From contig CM059428.1 of the NCBI GenBank assembly GCA_030390025.1, positions 36,580,001 to 36,644,000 of the forward strand: a DNA stretch of 64,000 bases, written 5' to 3'. Below, one piece after another: positions 21,367 through 33,790 of the stretch; position 1 is the first letter of the stretch; each line of letters begins with the position of its first letter. The notes under the pieces are model-generated. The model made no database searches, had not been told where the DNA came from, and worked only from the letters and a program-made list of their open reading frames with translations. Made by a program: the position numbers and the translations under genes. This DNA comes from Squalus acanthias. Lineage: Eukaryota.

Positions 21367-23810
21367 GGCCGGAATTTTTACCTTTGCGTCGGGTTGGGTG
21401 CATGCGGGCAGTGTAGCGGGTCGGGAACGCGATGTTCTGAGCAGCGTACTGCTCAGAGCGACTTTCACTCAATGGCCTCAATTGAAAGGGTCATGTGCGT
21501 TTCCCGGCCCAATTAAATGGTGTGGGTTTGATGACATCATTGATGACTTGTTTCCGGCGCCCATATTTAAAGCAGCCTTGCACTCAACTCACTTGAAGGT
21601 TGTCAGAGGAGGGTGGAAGGTGACAAAGAAAGGCCATAGTACTGCTATAACTTTGGAAGGATGGATAGCCAAAGGCAGAGGGCTGCACCACGCTTCTCTG
21701 ATTCATTGCTGCATACTCTGGTGGCGGCTGTCAGAGCACGCAGAGAGGTCCTCTTCCCTGCTGATAGGCAAAGGAGACCTGCACAAGAAACAAAAAGAGC
21801 CTGGCTGGATATTGCTGAGGAGGTCAGCATCAGGGATGTGGTCAGGAGGACCTGGATACAGTGCAGGAAGCGCTTCAATGATCTCATGAGGTCAGGAAAG
21901 GTGAGTGTAATGCCACACTCACCCTCATCCTGAAGTACCTGTCAACACATCCCCATCACCCTGCCTTCCCAAGCCTACTCCTGCACATCATTCCTCACAC
22001 CAACATACCTTGCACACCCACCCATCCCTCTCTCTCTATGTACATACTCACATCCCCATCTGACTAACCACCCCTCACACTCACCCTCATCCTAATGCAA
22101 TCATAGCAAGTAACACCACAGAAGGAGGTCATTTGGCATTGGCACCCCACTCCATCATAGTCACCCTCTACAGATGTAACCCATCCATTCCTTACACTCA
22201 TGCCATCACTCTCACTCAAACTTCTCTTCTTTCCCTCCTTGCAGGAGAAGAGAGCGCACAACAACAGAGAGAGGGAGAGAACTGAAGGTGACTCTCTAGT
22301 AATTGCACATCTCACAGCAGCAGAGGAGGCGGCTCTGGAAATTTCGGGAGCTCGAGAAATGCTGGCGGTGGGAGACGGAGAGAGGGGGACATCCCAGCAA
22401 CCCGGTGACAGAATCACATCTCACAAAGCCACATGGCATACAACAGTCACTCATATAGTGACTGATGTCAGCAGCCAGTGAAATGTCATCAAGTGCATAA
22501 TGGTAACATTACCCATTTTTATTAAAGCACTTCTAATTCATCTCTTTACTCTCCCACAGGTCCATCAACTGCCCCTGCACCACTGTCCAGCTGGAAGAGG
22601 AAGATGACTCCTCAGAGGAACTTCCAGCCTCTGAGGGTACAGCGTCAGCAGACCCAAGCGCAGCCAGCACCAGCACAGATATGCACACCTCGGTGGGTCC
22701 TTTGCGCCTTAGAGTAGAATTGTCACCTGGTGTCTCACAATTCAAAGTGAGCAAGAGCAGGTGGTGTTGACAGGGACAGCAGTGGAGACTCCTCGCTGGA
22801 GGGCACAGGATGCTCCAAGCTCTGCTGAGCTGCATGCAGATGCTGAGCCTCAGGAGCCATCGAGAAAGAGGGTGATCTTGGAGGGGCAGCAACAATTGCA
22901 TGAGGCGCTGGCATCTTTAGCAGCCACGATATCTGAAAATGTTCAGAGAATGGAGGACTCCATCTCCAACATGAGCACCACCGTATCGCAGGCAATGGCG
23001 ACGATGTGCTCTTCCATGGAAAGGATGGCCACCTGCATGGAGCAGCAAATGTGACACTCACATGAGCACAAGCTAGCTGTGGACAACAGATGGCAAGCGC
23101 TCATAGACCTCCTCTCAAGGAGGGATGTAAATGTTGACTTGGGCCTTCATCGCCCCACTACTGTGCAGCAAGGTGCTCGCCAGCTCCTTGCTAGCAGGGA
23201 TGTGCGGGTGGCCCATGAAAGGGATGATGGTGAGTGGGGACATGGAAGTGGGGGCTCTTCTCAAAGCGCTCCCACTTCTCCCCCGTTGCCTCCCCCTCAG
23301 TCAGATCCCCACATGATTCCTGGGATTGCGATGGCCAAGTCTGCCCCTGCACAGTCACAGGAGGAGCAGACTTTGGCGAGGCCATCAGAGGCTCCAAAAC
23401 CCAGAGGACGTCCGCCAAAAGTGTCTATGCAGTCACAGCAGGGAAGTGAGCAGCCTACAACTACCTCTGCTGAAGCCACAGGGGTTGCACCTTGTAGAAG
23501 TACTCGCAAAACAAAACTGACACAAAAGTAGATGCACACGGGTATATCAAAAAATGTTAGTGCTAAGTTTCAGTTGTTTCGATTACACACATAAATGTTT
23601 TCTTTGCACCGCTTTCGGGTCTTGTCCATTTTTGCCTCAAAACTTGGAAGTGGCTTTGTCACTTGGAGTGAATGGTGAGACATTATTTAACCTCGAGCAT
23701 TGGGGCTTTAGGTGAGAGGAATGGACTGGTCATTGTGGGGATGCTTTATGGTGTTGTTGGGGGGGGGAACTTAGTACAGCAAGTGGCACGGCAATGGGAA
23801 AATTCCAGCC
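21367..23810 (+). mobile_element. PIF/Harbinger element carrying only the Myb/SANT gene
   Basis: TIR GGCCGGAATTTT / AAAATTCCAGCC, TAT TSD; no transposase motifs found inside. Confidence 0.85.
21661..23531 (+). pseudogene. Harbinger Myb/SANT-like gene, 3 exons (21661-21900, ~22245-22404, ~22560-23531)
   Basis: Exon 1 MDSQRQRAAPRFSD...AWLDIAEEVS...RTWIQCRKRFNDLMRSGK then GTGAGT; exon 2 EKRAHNNRERERT after TTGCAG; exon 3 has frameshifts and a stop. Confidence 0.8.
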
Positions 23811-24170
23811 TATGTGTTTTTTTATTCATTTTCTTTGAACACTTTTGTTTACTAGTTCCTACATTTCTGGAGATGGGGAAAAAAAGCTCTTTCACTGACA
23901 GTCAAGAATTATCCAAATCGGTAATGAAGAATCTGTTCACTTTCCAATTGGCGTGGGAAGGTGATGCACCGCGAGGATGGAGTGTCAGTCGACCAATGGC
24001 GAGAGCGTGGGGGCGGGGTGGTTGGAGGCAGGTGGTCATATGGCGAAACCTCCAGGAATATGTCCAACCAGAGTTGTCAACCCAAGTGTCTTCAGATAGC
24101 GAAGGGTTAACTATCAGGATTGACCCTTAGAATCAGAAGAGTTCTGATGAAGGGTTACACCCAAAACATT

Positions 24171-24595
24171 GGACCATAATTTGCGATCAAAATAACGGTG
24201 AGGCTAATGGTGCTCGCCGTTATTTATGTGCTAATGGTACAGCAACTTCAGGCAAAGGGCAGATGCGCGGTTAAACTCAAAAATCCCAAAGTAGCTGTCC
24301 GAGTTGCGCCGCTCCGCCGTTAGCTTCGCGACAATGGTATTTCGCGGTCTGGCTAACCATTGAAATGCATTGAGTGGCGTAAAGTTGCTGTATTTGTACA
24401 GTAGATACGAACTAAACTCACCTCAGAAAGTTAGGTCTTGTCCATTCCAGCCTAAGTATCCTTTTACTGACGTGATAAGCGTTAATTACTGCCAGTCAAC
24501 CTCTCTGGCACTGAAAATTAATTATTACAAGTGTGGAGTCTCATTCCTTCAGGTTTTAATTGTTGTTGGAGATTTAAAAAGATTTTTTTTTAATG
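24171..24595. mobile_element. Truncated PIF/Harbinger-like MITE related to 39728-40457
   Basis: Begins GGACCATAATTTGCG after ATT; resembles the termini of the 39728 element; no second TIR seen. Confidence 0.5.
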
Positions 24596-25859
24596 AAAAC
24601 TAACAATTTTACTTTTCAATTCTATCTGAACACTTTCCTTTCCTCCCCTCTCCACACTTCCCCACGCCCAATGTTCTCCTCTTCTGACCTGAAGCATCAA
24701 CTCGTGCTAGGATTGGGTTCCAGAAACCCTCCAGTCTCTCTTCGAAGTGACCATTCTTTATGTGTGAGCCTAGAGAAGCAAATATCTGTGGACTCTTCAT
24801 CATAGAGCCATCACAAGCAAGCACAATCTATCCACACAAGCCCACTCTCCCTGCAGGGTTGCTGAGCAATGATCAGGGACAAGAAACGGTCTGAATTTAA
24901 CCCTTCCATTGCACAGGGTTGCTGAGGCTAATTTTATTATGATAACTGGTTGAAAACAGCCAACTTCGGGCAGATTGAACCTAGGAGTTTTCTTGGCCTG
25001 TATTTCTCACTGATTTAATAGCTCAGTTAACTCGTGTGGTTCTTAGATATGATTGCCTCAAATCAAAGGAAGTATTTGCATTTATATAGCACCTTATCAT
25101 GTCTTGCAGAATGTGCCAAAGCACTTCACACCCAACAAATTACTTTAAGAAATATAAACAGAAAATGTTGGAAGTACTCAGCAGGTCAGGCAGCATGAAT
25201 TACTTTATGAAGTACTCACAGCAAGGTCCCACAAACCGATCTCAGCCTCCCACCATTTCAATAGAATAGCAACCATTTCCTTTCCCACCAAGATGCAAAT
25301 GCTCATCAGCTTTTCCTGTCTCCCTGTCAAAGTTACCTTGCACTCCAATTAAAGTAATTGTGCAGTACGCACTACCCACCCGACCCCCACCCCACTCGCT
25401 TCCAGCAGAACAGAACACAGCTGGCCGAGTGAGAAATCCACACCTGGCTCCTAACATTTTGCCGAGAGACGCTCATGATCAAAATGGTAGCTAAACATTG
25501 TAAGGAGTAAATATAATCTGATGGTGTGTCAATGCTCTGCTGATTATGTGACTCGGTGTGCTCTCCCACCCAGACAGCTCTGCTGTAATTGAGACAGTTT
25601 TCTGAATTACTTTTTGATTTTGCATTGAGGATAGCTCTGTATTGACGTTTCATATTCTCCAGCCTACAAAGAGGAGACAGCAGTGATGATGAGCTTCACC
25701 CTGATAAGAGGACTGACAGAAACCAGAATAAAAATCAAGACAGCATTACCTCGCCTTGATTCCATGTGGAATAATTTCATAATTTAGAACTTATTGGGCA
25801 GAATTACTACAACACTCGAAGAGAAATGTCGTACATAAATGTATTATTTTAATCATAAA

Positions 25860-27140
25860 ATGAATGCCAAATTAGCTTACTGGCTTAGTAATGCAAAGCA
25901 GGTGATGATAAATGGATGAGGCTCTGTATGGGACTCGATGATTACTGGAGTTCTGCCGGGATCTGTTCAGGGTTCCCTGCTGTTCACACTCTTCATAAAT
26001 AATGCGAATGAGGGCACTTCTTGTCAGATTATAAAATTTGCTGATGGCTTCAAGCTACGTGAGCAGGTGGCTAGCATTCAAAGGGATCTGGCAGATGGAT
26101 TTGAACAGTGGGCAAATGTTTGGCAATGCAAGTTGGAACAGGACACATGAGTCATGTGCATGATGAATAGTAGACCAATGGAAAAGGATTTGGTTATGAT
26201 CACTGAACATTCACTTAAGGCATCCAGTCACAGTGAGGCTAATAAAGCACTAGGATGCATCTTAAGTGCATTTCAATACAGTAAAAGAAAAAAAAAACAA
26301 AGACTGACATATATATAGCTCTTTTCATGACCTCTTTATTTCTCAAAGCATTTTATAGCCAATGAAGCACTTTTGAAGTGTAGTCACTGTTTTAATGTAG
26401 GAATCACGGCAGCCAATTTGCACACAGCAAGGTCCCACAGACCATCTTCAAATAGTACCACGGGATCTTTTTGTCCACCTGAGAGGACAACCAGGGCCTC
26501 GGTTTAATGTCTGATCCGAAAGAAGGCACCTGCGACAGTGCAGCACTCCCTCAGAACCCAGAACCTTCCGGTTTAGAGGCAAGAGTGCGATCACTGAGCC
26601 ATGGCTAACACCTTAGCTAACAAGTCAAAATAAGCTAATTTAACGCTGTATACCTCATTAATAAAGCCTTATTTGGAATATTTTGTGCTGTTTGCCCTAC
26701 ATCAAAACAACATTGAGGCTCAAGAGAAGGTTTGGAGTGACGAGGGTCATTCTGGGATTTGAGAATCTATGTTGTATGGAAATAATTGAACTTTTATCAC
26801 TGGAGGAAAGTTAGAGAAGCTACAAGATCCAAGTCTTAAAAATAGTGAAGAAAGATGGATCATTTAGATTATAGATAAACTGTGATTACTGACTACTGCA
26901 TGGGGTGAGTGCAAAATGAAGTCGTCTCCAGTGAGATGAGAGATTGCAAGACTTTATTTTGCTGTGGAGTACTTACAATATGGAAAGATTCCATGAAATA
27001 CCAATTAATGGTTGAATTGATTAACGGAGTTGTAAACAAACTGGATAAATATCTGTATATGATTGGAATGGAAGGTCAAAGGCATAAGAACAGATATGAA
27101 GGATCAAATAGAAGGTGAAACATAATGGCTCCTGTGCAAT
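25860..27140 (+). mobile_element. Old, decayed CR1 RT/3' fragment, interrupted by a Deu-domain SINE (about 26298-26612, minus)
   Basis: GVLPGSVQGSLLFTLFIN...KFADG resembles GVPQGSVLGPQLFTIYIN...KFADD. Confidence 0.7.
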
Positions 27141-27313
27141 TGAGTACATAATGTCTCCTCTCTGGAATGTAATGGTCAATCTTCAACAGATTGTAAGAAA
27201 ATTAAATAAGTTGGTTGGGGCACATGACAGAGCTGTTCATGGTCCATTAAAAAAAAACACCTTTCTTGTTTAATTTGGGTTTGCTGTTACTAAAGGCAAG
27301 TCTTAAAATCATA

Positions 27314-29300
27314 GGCCTAGAAATTCAGTTGCGTAGCGCCTGTCCTTTGGGTGCTATAGGTGCCGAATTGGGACCAAAATGGCGTCTGAGCAGCGCGCAC
27401 ACACTTCTGGTGCAGGCCGCGCCGGACGCCATTTGGTGAGGGCGGTAGGGCGGCTGTTAGGAGTGTACGCTAGAAGTATGCTAAGTAGGCAGATCATGAC
27501 GTCATTCAGCATGAAAGGCTGATTTGACGCTAGCGATGTCATTTTCGTCGTCATCGCTGGAGCTAATGCCCTCTCCTAAGCTCGCACACTGAACATGCGT
27601 TCAGCAGCAGAAACGATCCCCCGCCAGCGATAGTTAAAGGGTTCATCAACAACTTGCTTTTTGATTTCTACTGGCTCTATGTAAGTTTGTGGAACTGTTT
27701 GGACCTTTCTAGAGTTACTTAAAGTGGCTGAGGTGACAGGGAGTGGTGCTGCAAGTGGAGAAGGCCTTGCTTCTGAATTCAAGGGTTCTGGTCAGTCCAC
27801 TTGCTCCCAGTCGTGGGTGCTTAGTTGTCATCCCCCTTGGCCTGCAGCATGACAGGGAGATGGAGCAGAGGCAGCAAAGAGGAGGACAAGCTGCTCGCAG
27901 AGGGAGGAGGACAAGGCGGAGAAGGGCTCTCAGCAGGAGGCCTCACCCACCGACGGTCTTCCGAGAGCAATTCTCTTACCTCAACCTGAGCCAGGAGCAG
28001 TGTGTGAGGCACCTGCACTTTACGAAGGACAGAACTCTGCCACCTCTTGCAACCAGACCTGCAGCAACACTCCATGGCAAATACAGAGCTGCCAGTGGCT
28101 GCGCAGGTGACCGTGGCCCTGAATTTCTTTGCGTCAGGATCCTTCCAGGCTGGAGCAGGCGACATCTGTAACATCTCCCAGTTCGCTGTCCACTGTTGCA
28201 TAAGAGAGGTGACAGAAGCTCTTTATGCCAGGAGAGGGGACTTCATTGTCTTTTCTCTGACCAGAGAGAAGCAGACAGAGCGTGCACGTGGCTTTACTAG
28301 GATAGCGGCCTTCCCCATGGTGCAGGGCGGCATCGACTGCATGCACGTGGCTTTGTGGGCACCGTATATAAATGCTAAGTTGTGCCGCAACCACAAAGGT
28401 TACCATTCGCTAAATGTGCAGTTGATGTGTGACCACGCTTAGCATATCATGATGGTAAATGCCCAGTATCCTGGCAGCAGTCATGATGCTTTTATTCTGC
28501 GCCAGTCCACTGCTCCCTCAGTCTTTGAGCCACCAAGATAAATCAGAGGGTGGCTACTGGGTGACAAGGGCTATCCCTTGACCACCTGGCCCATGACTCC
28601 GCTCCACAACCCAACCACATGTGGGCAGCATACGCACAACGAGAGCCATGCTGCCACACAAAACATCATAAAGCAGACCATTGGCACCCATAAACAATGC
28701 TTCCACTGCCTGGACTGCTCTGGAGGAGCCCTACAGTATCACCTTAGCGTGTGTTCCGATTTGTCGTGGTCTGCTGTATCCTCCACAACCTGGCCATAAT
28801 GAGGGTACAGCCCTTGCCACCAGGTCTATGGCCACCAGCTCAGGAGCAGGAGCAGAGGGGGAGGAAGAGGAGGAGGAGGAGGAAGAGGAGGAGGCGGAAG
28901 AGGAGGAGGTGGAAGTAGAGGGAAGGAGGCAAACCAGATAGCCCCTTTCTGGCCGGGATATTCGGGATCAAATCATCTGCCTGCAGTACGAGTGAACACA
29001 ACCCCAATTCCCCTTTCAACATAAGTCCCACATCTCACCTCCCTCTGTTATTGACCATCACGGCCTCATCTTGGCCACAATGCTAAAATAAAAGCCACCA
29101 CAAAGCAAACTTTCCAATCAAACTTTATCCATATAGCTATCCAATATTACATGAAAAATTCTACTAATCACCCGTGTGCATTCGCTTAGCGACTGTCTTG
29201 TATGTGCCTTTGCCTCTCTTAGTGCTCCTACGCAGTGCTGCTCCATTGGCTACAGCATTGCTGGTGGAAGGCTGCTGGCTTTCAGTGGGGGAGACATTTA
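27314..29300 (+). mobile_element. Truncated decayed PIF/Harbinger transposon
   Basis: Left TIR GGCCTAGAAATT; transposase pseudogene; only the 3' tip of the convergent Myb gene remains (29165-29297, homologous to 55685-55815); right end lost. Confidence 0.82.
27813..28995 (+). pseudogene. Harbinger transposase pseudogene
   Basis: ALNFFASGSFQ, GGIDCMH, HKGYHSLNVQLMCD, then stops and frameshifts; poly-Glu tail. Confidence 0.9.
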
Positions 29301-29670
29301 TCACTGCTTCACTGGGTCAAATTCCTGGAACTCCCTACCAAACAGCACTGTGGGAGCAATGTTCCCGCCAAGGTGGACGCGCGGGCGGCCACGCAGTAAT
29401 CTGAAAGGTCAAACGCAGGCCGCTCATTGGCTTTTACATTGTAAATACCGTGCATGCGCAGAAATTTAAAGGGGCCACGCATTGAAAGAAACAGGCCGCG
29501 CCAAACAAAGCACAGCTTACAGGGAACATTGTGTGGGAGTACCTTCACCACATGGACTGCAGCAGTTCAAAAAGAAGGCCTACCTCCATGTTCTCCAGGG
29601 TAACTAGGGATGGGCAATAAATGCTGGCTTTGCCAGCGACGCCCACATCCCAAGAATGAATTTAAAAAAC
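29301..29670 (+). mobile_element. 3' end of a non-LTR retrotransposon (same family as 59977-60600), interrupted by a MITE
   Basis: CTGGGTCAAATTCCTGGAACTCCCT...GGGCAATAAATGCTGGC is the reverse complement of 59990-60150. Confidence 0.8.
29357..29531 (+). mobile_element. hAT-type MITE family B
   Basis: Perfect TIR CAATGTTCCC / GGGAACATTG and perfect 8-bp TSD TGTGGGAG. Confidence 0.92.
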
Positions 29671-29836
29671 AATGGATTGTAGTCTAGTGTAATGATAACA
29701 TCATATTTGATGAGATAATAATGCACATGCGTGCTAACATATGTCCATGCTTTGACATCAGGCAGTAATCACTGCATGTGACTAGTACAAGCAGCGTGAA
29801 TGACTGAAATTTGCTTTTGTAGATTTGGGAGATAAA

Positions 29837-30509
29837 GGGCTAAAAATTGAGCGTTGCCGGGTTGTAGCGCCCCGGAAAAATTAGCACCCCCACGCCGGAA
29901 ATTGAGTGGTTGCGCCCCAAGAGGGGAGCGGGGCGCTACTGGAAGCGCCCCGCATCCCTCTTGGGGCGCTGCGAGTCAATATCGCGGCACGTCACGCGGT
30001 CACTTCTTAAAGGGGAGGGGCCTTGCGCAGCGCGACCCGGGGCCCAGCTGGGCCACCGGGGATCGGAGTGCTGTAAAAGAGCCCGGCACTCAAGAGAAGT
30101 GCCAGGCTCTTGGAGCGCAGCCAGCACTCCGTGGGGGGGGGCGGTTTAGGAGGCCAGGGAAGGGAGTAAAGGCAGGTGCTGGCAGGTGGCCAGCAACAAA
30201 AAATGGCCGCCCCGCACCTCGCCTTTAAATAGCGCCTCCCCGGCCGCAGGTAGGCCCCCCTGACCCCGTCGGACATAGCGTCCAGCGGTAAGTCAGGGAG
30301 CGCTCCCGAAGATCGCGGCCGGGGTGCTGCGCACAGTGATGATGTCATCGCCGGTGGTGCAGCGCCACGGAGTGCTACCGGTTAGCGCCGCCGCTAACCT
30401 CCCGCTGAATTTCGCGGAGGCGCCGCGCCCAGACGCTAGTTGCTTTGCGCCCTGTTAGCGCCCTCTTAGGGCCCTAACGGGAGGCGCAAAGCAACCCAAT
30501 TTTCCCCCC
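29837..30509 (-). mobile_element. GC-rich PIF/Harbinger MITE related to the 6094 element
   Basis: TIR GGGCTAAAAATTG / CAATTTTCCCCCC, AAA TSD; 30420-30509 matches the reverse complement of 6094-6182. Confidence 0.85.
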
Positions 30510-31304
30510 AAAATATCCTGAGCTCTCACCACACTGAAGTGCGCACTCTGCCTTTGCCCTACTGTGTTGAAAATAAGACTCATCACACAGGCTCCTACTG
30601 TCAATTATTTCCCAGCACCTTAAAATTGTGGACATTCTTACCTTCCTCAGTTTCCCTTTGTTCTGCAACCTGCAGGCTTTTAAAACCTAAGCCTCATGTT
30701 CCCCAAACCTCTAATCACTGGATTTACCTCATTTTCAATTCCACTATTTTCAATCTTCATGGTGTCCAGGGCTACAGCAGCACATTTCTAATAATTTCAA
30801 TAGAACATTGAGCACTGCCAGTTACAGTCCCCAGTACAATTGGTGAAGATGGCTAACATGACTTAAAAGTCATGGTTGCAACATCTTCCTCAATCACATA
30901 ATACAAATCAAAACCGACATCCAATATCCTCAAAGTGGCATATGTAACCATTTATGATGTCTTAACATCTGGAGATTTAAAATGACCGAGGATTCAATAT
31001 CCTCAATGTTCCATATGTAAGTGTTTATGATCACATCTGGAGTTGTCAAATTACTTAAGACTAAGGAAGTAATCAATGTATTTCTATCTGGCCCCAGTTT
31101 GCACAGGGGGGATGCATGCATTTCCCATGGTTCAAAGTTCAAAGATCAACCTACCAAAGCTAAGACCCTTTTTGCTCCCCTAAGACAAACAAAAAAAGGT
31201 CTTTCACAGGCATCAATAGACCTGGCAAAGGAAGCTGCACTTCACTGCGCAAACTTAATGTCCCTTATATGACACAAAGCACAGATTTCTGACAATCAAG
31301 TGTC

Positions 31305-31470
31305 CCTTTCGCTCAGTGGTGGCACTCATGCCCCCGAGTCAGAAGGTTGTGGTTTGAAGTCCCACTCCAACTTGAGCTGACATTTCAGTGCAGTACGGAA
31401 GGAGTGCTGCACTGTCAGAAGTGCCACCTTTCGGCTGAGATGTTAAACATCTGCCCTCTCAGGTGGGCGG
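31305..31470 (+). mobile_element. Deu-domain SINE 5' fragment
   Basis: GCTCAGTGGTGGCACTC...GAGTCAGAAGGTTGTGG...GGAGTGCTGCACTGTC. Confidence 0.7.
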
Positions 31471-31955
31471 GAGGTAGAGTAAGCAGCTGAGTTGGGATTT
31501 GGGTGGTGGAAGTCACAGAGCAGATAAATGAGCTGCTTAATCGTGCTTACATGTTTCTGGCTGAAGAGACTTGAGGTGAACTTAAGGGAGATGTCATGGC
31601 AGTTTTAACTTTGGAATCTGATTGGTCCTTGCTGACCACATGACCATTAACACTATGTGGAGGCATTGTACCAATCATACAGTGATACAATATTTTAGAC
31701 ACAACATTTAATACTATGGATGGATAGAATGCAATGCAAGATTATTAAACATTTTAAACGCAGAGATTAGAAAGGAGGATGTTCACTTCCTGAGATAAAT
31801 AATTGGAGCCCACATAGGGCTGTACTGGCATAGTGTTCAGTTTCAGTCATTAGAGATCACGAACAAGCTCCATTGAAACTCAGCAGCTCCTAATGGTTAA
31901 GTTGAATATTGCAATACAACATTATTTACTGGTTTAACAACAATGACGGTCCATG

Positions 31956-32616
31956 GGGGGAGAAATTCATTATAGCCCAGGAATGGGTGGTAACTTTTGA
32001 AAACTTTGAGAATTAGCGCCAGGAGCTAATGCTTCAGACTGCATGCAAAATTAAGTCCCATTGCACAAAGAAAGGATTAGGCACTAAATCAAGCGCTAAT
32101 GGCCGAGCTCAGTAGCATTAAACTCGAAGCGCTGACCAATATCAGGTGCAGTCTAATCACAAGTCATCATTGCCACAGGCTCTTTCCAGTTCTTAAAGGG
32201 GAGGTTCATTGATGCTGTCATATTCCGTCATATTATGGTCACTCTTCCCTAAAGGCCCCTTTACTACAAGGTTATTAATTAACCTTTTCTCGTTGCACAA
32301 TACTAGATCTAAAATAGCCTGTTCCCTAGTTGGTTCATCAACATACTGATCTAGAAAACAATCTTGCATACATTCCATGAATTCGTCCTCCACACTATTA
32401 CTCAAATTTGGTTTTCCCAGTCTATATGTAGATTAAAGTCCCCCATGATTACCCTTGTTACATGTGCCTCTAATTTCCTGATTTATACTCTGCCCTACAT
32501 TACAACTACTGTTTGGGGGCCTTTTAACAACTCCCACCAATCTTAACTGCACCAGTGCCCCATTAGCACCCCCGCCAGCCGCTAACGGGAGGCGCAAACC
32601 AACTGAATTTTCCCCC
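31956..32616 (-). mobile_element. Non-autonomous Harbinger element enclosing a CR1 endonuclease-region fragment (about 32213-32545)
   Basis: TIR GGGGGAGAAATTCA / TGAATTTTCCCCC, ATG TSD; inner part encodes EDEFMECMQDCFLDQYVDEPTREQAILDLVL, like 35610-35780. Confidence 0.82.
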
Positions 32617-33445
32617 ATGATCTTTATAGATAAACCTCGAGTCAAACAATAAGAAGAAATATTTTCCTTTTTAAAGCAAATTTCAATCCATCAGTCTGGA
32701 GACAACCAAACCAGACAGATCCTGAGCATCGCACCATTGAGATTTTCAGTCCCTAGCAGGAGATAAAGACCACAACATGTCATCTTACCTTGTGGCCAGT
32801 CGTTGGTTCCAAGTATTCTGAACCAATGTGTTTCCTTCACAAGATGAAAGATCCTGAATCTAAAAAGAGAAAAAGTCAGAAATTAGTTCAAAAGCACTTC
32901 CAAACTGGGTCAACAGAAACTTTTTTTTCATGTAATGGATGTCATGGTAGTGGGGAGTGGAACACTTGATGTATCCAGTGTCAGCCTCGAGCACTCCCGG
33001 ATCTGGTACAGCATTAGTTAGATACAAAGTAAAGCTCCCACTCTCCAGCTCAAACAATGTGCCTTAACCACAATCTCGGAAGAGCACATTTTACATACTG
33101 CAGGGTGACATTTCCAATTCCCACATGTGCCATCCTTATGGCCTCTCTGAGAGGTTGTCAAATTATGTACAATTTTGTGCTTTGGACTGTGCCCAGCAGG
33201 ATCTGGATTGAGACATCAGCTAACAGACAGACGAAACTTTCATCCAGTCTGTCTGGATTGGGTTCAAAACTAGCAGCAGATCTTTCTCCATCCTTGCAGT
33301 TCTCATGGATCTACACACTTCAGAATTAGTTGCAGTGTCAAAATCCCACATTCAAATAGGTACAGCTTAATCCAGTCGCATAAGTACCCTGATTAGATTA
33401 TTAAATCAAAAATTCACTCACTTCATTTCAATACAAACAACCAAA

Positions 33446-33790
33446 TTTGCATTTATATAGCACCTTTCACATCCTCAGGACATCCCACCGTGCTTTATAG
33501 CAAATACATTATTTCAAAATGTAGTCACTGCTGTTATTTAAGTAAATGTAGCAGTTAGTTTTATGTACAGCAAAATCCCACAAACAGCAATGAGATAAAT
33601 GATCAGATAATTTCTCTTTAGTGATGTTGGTTGAGTGATAAATGTTAGCCAGGACACCAGGAGAACTCCCCGCTCTCTTTGAATAGTTCCATGCAATCAT
33701 TTGCGTCCACATGAAAGGGCTTTGGTTTAACGTGTCATCTGAAAGGCACCATCTTTGACAATGCAACACTCTCTCAGTGCCTCACTTAAG
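33446..33790 (-). mobile_element. Deu-domain SINE, 5'-truncated
   Basis: Same family as 4855. Confidence 0.75.

Larger units (their letters stand above)
21263..24085 (+). mobile_element. hAT-type MITE family A, interrupted by Harbinger 21367-23810
   Basis: CAGGGTTGCCAAC at 21263; rest of the MITE resumes at 23814 and ends GTTGTCAACCCAA. Confidence 0.82.

Noticed and set aside
24690-25030. Old SINE-like fragments (also about 32940-33090, 42670-42867, 50365-50600)
   Set aside because: Probably ancient repeats, but too decayed to assign boundaries or family by eye.
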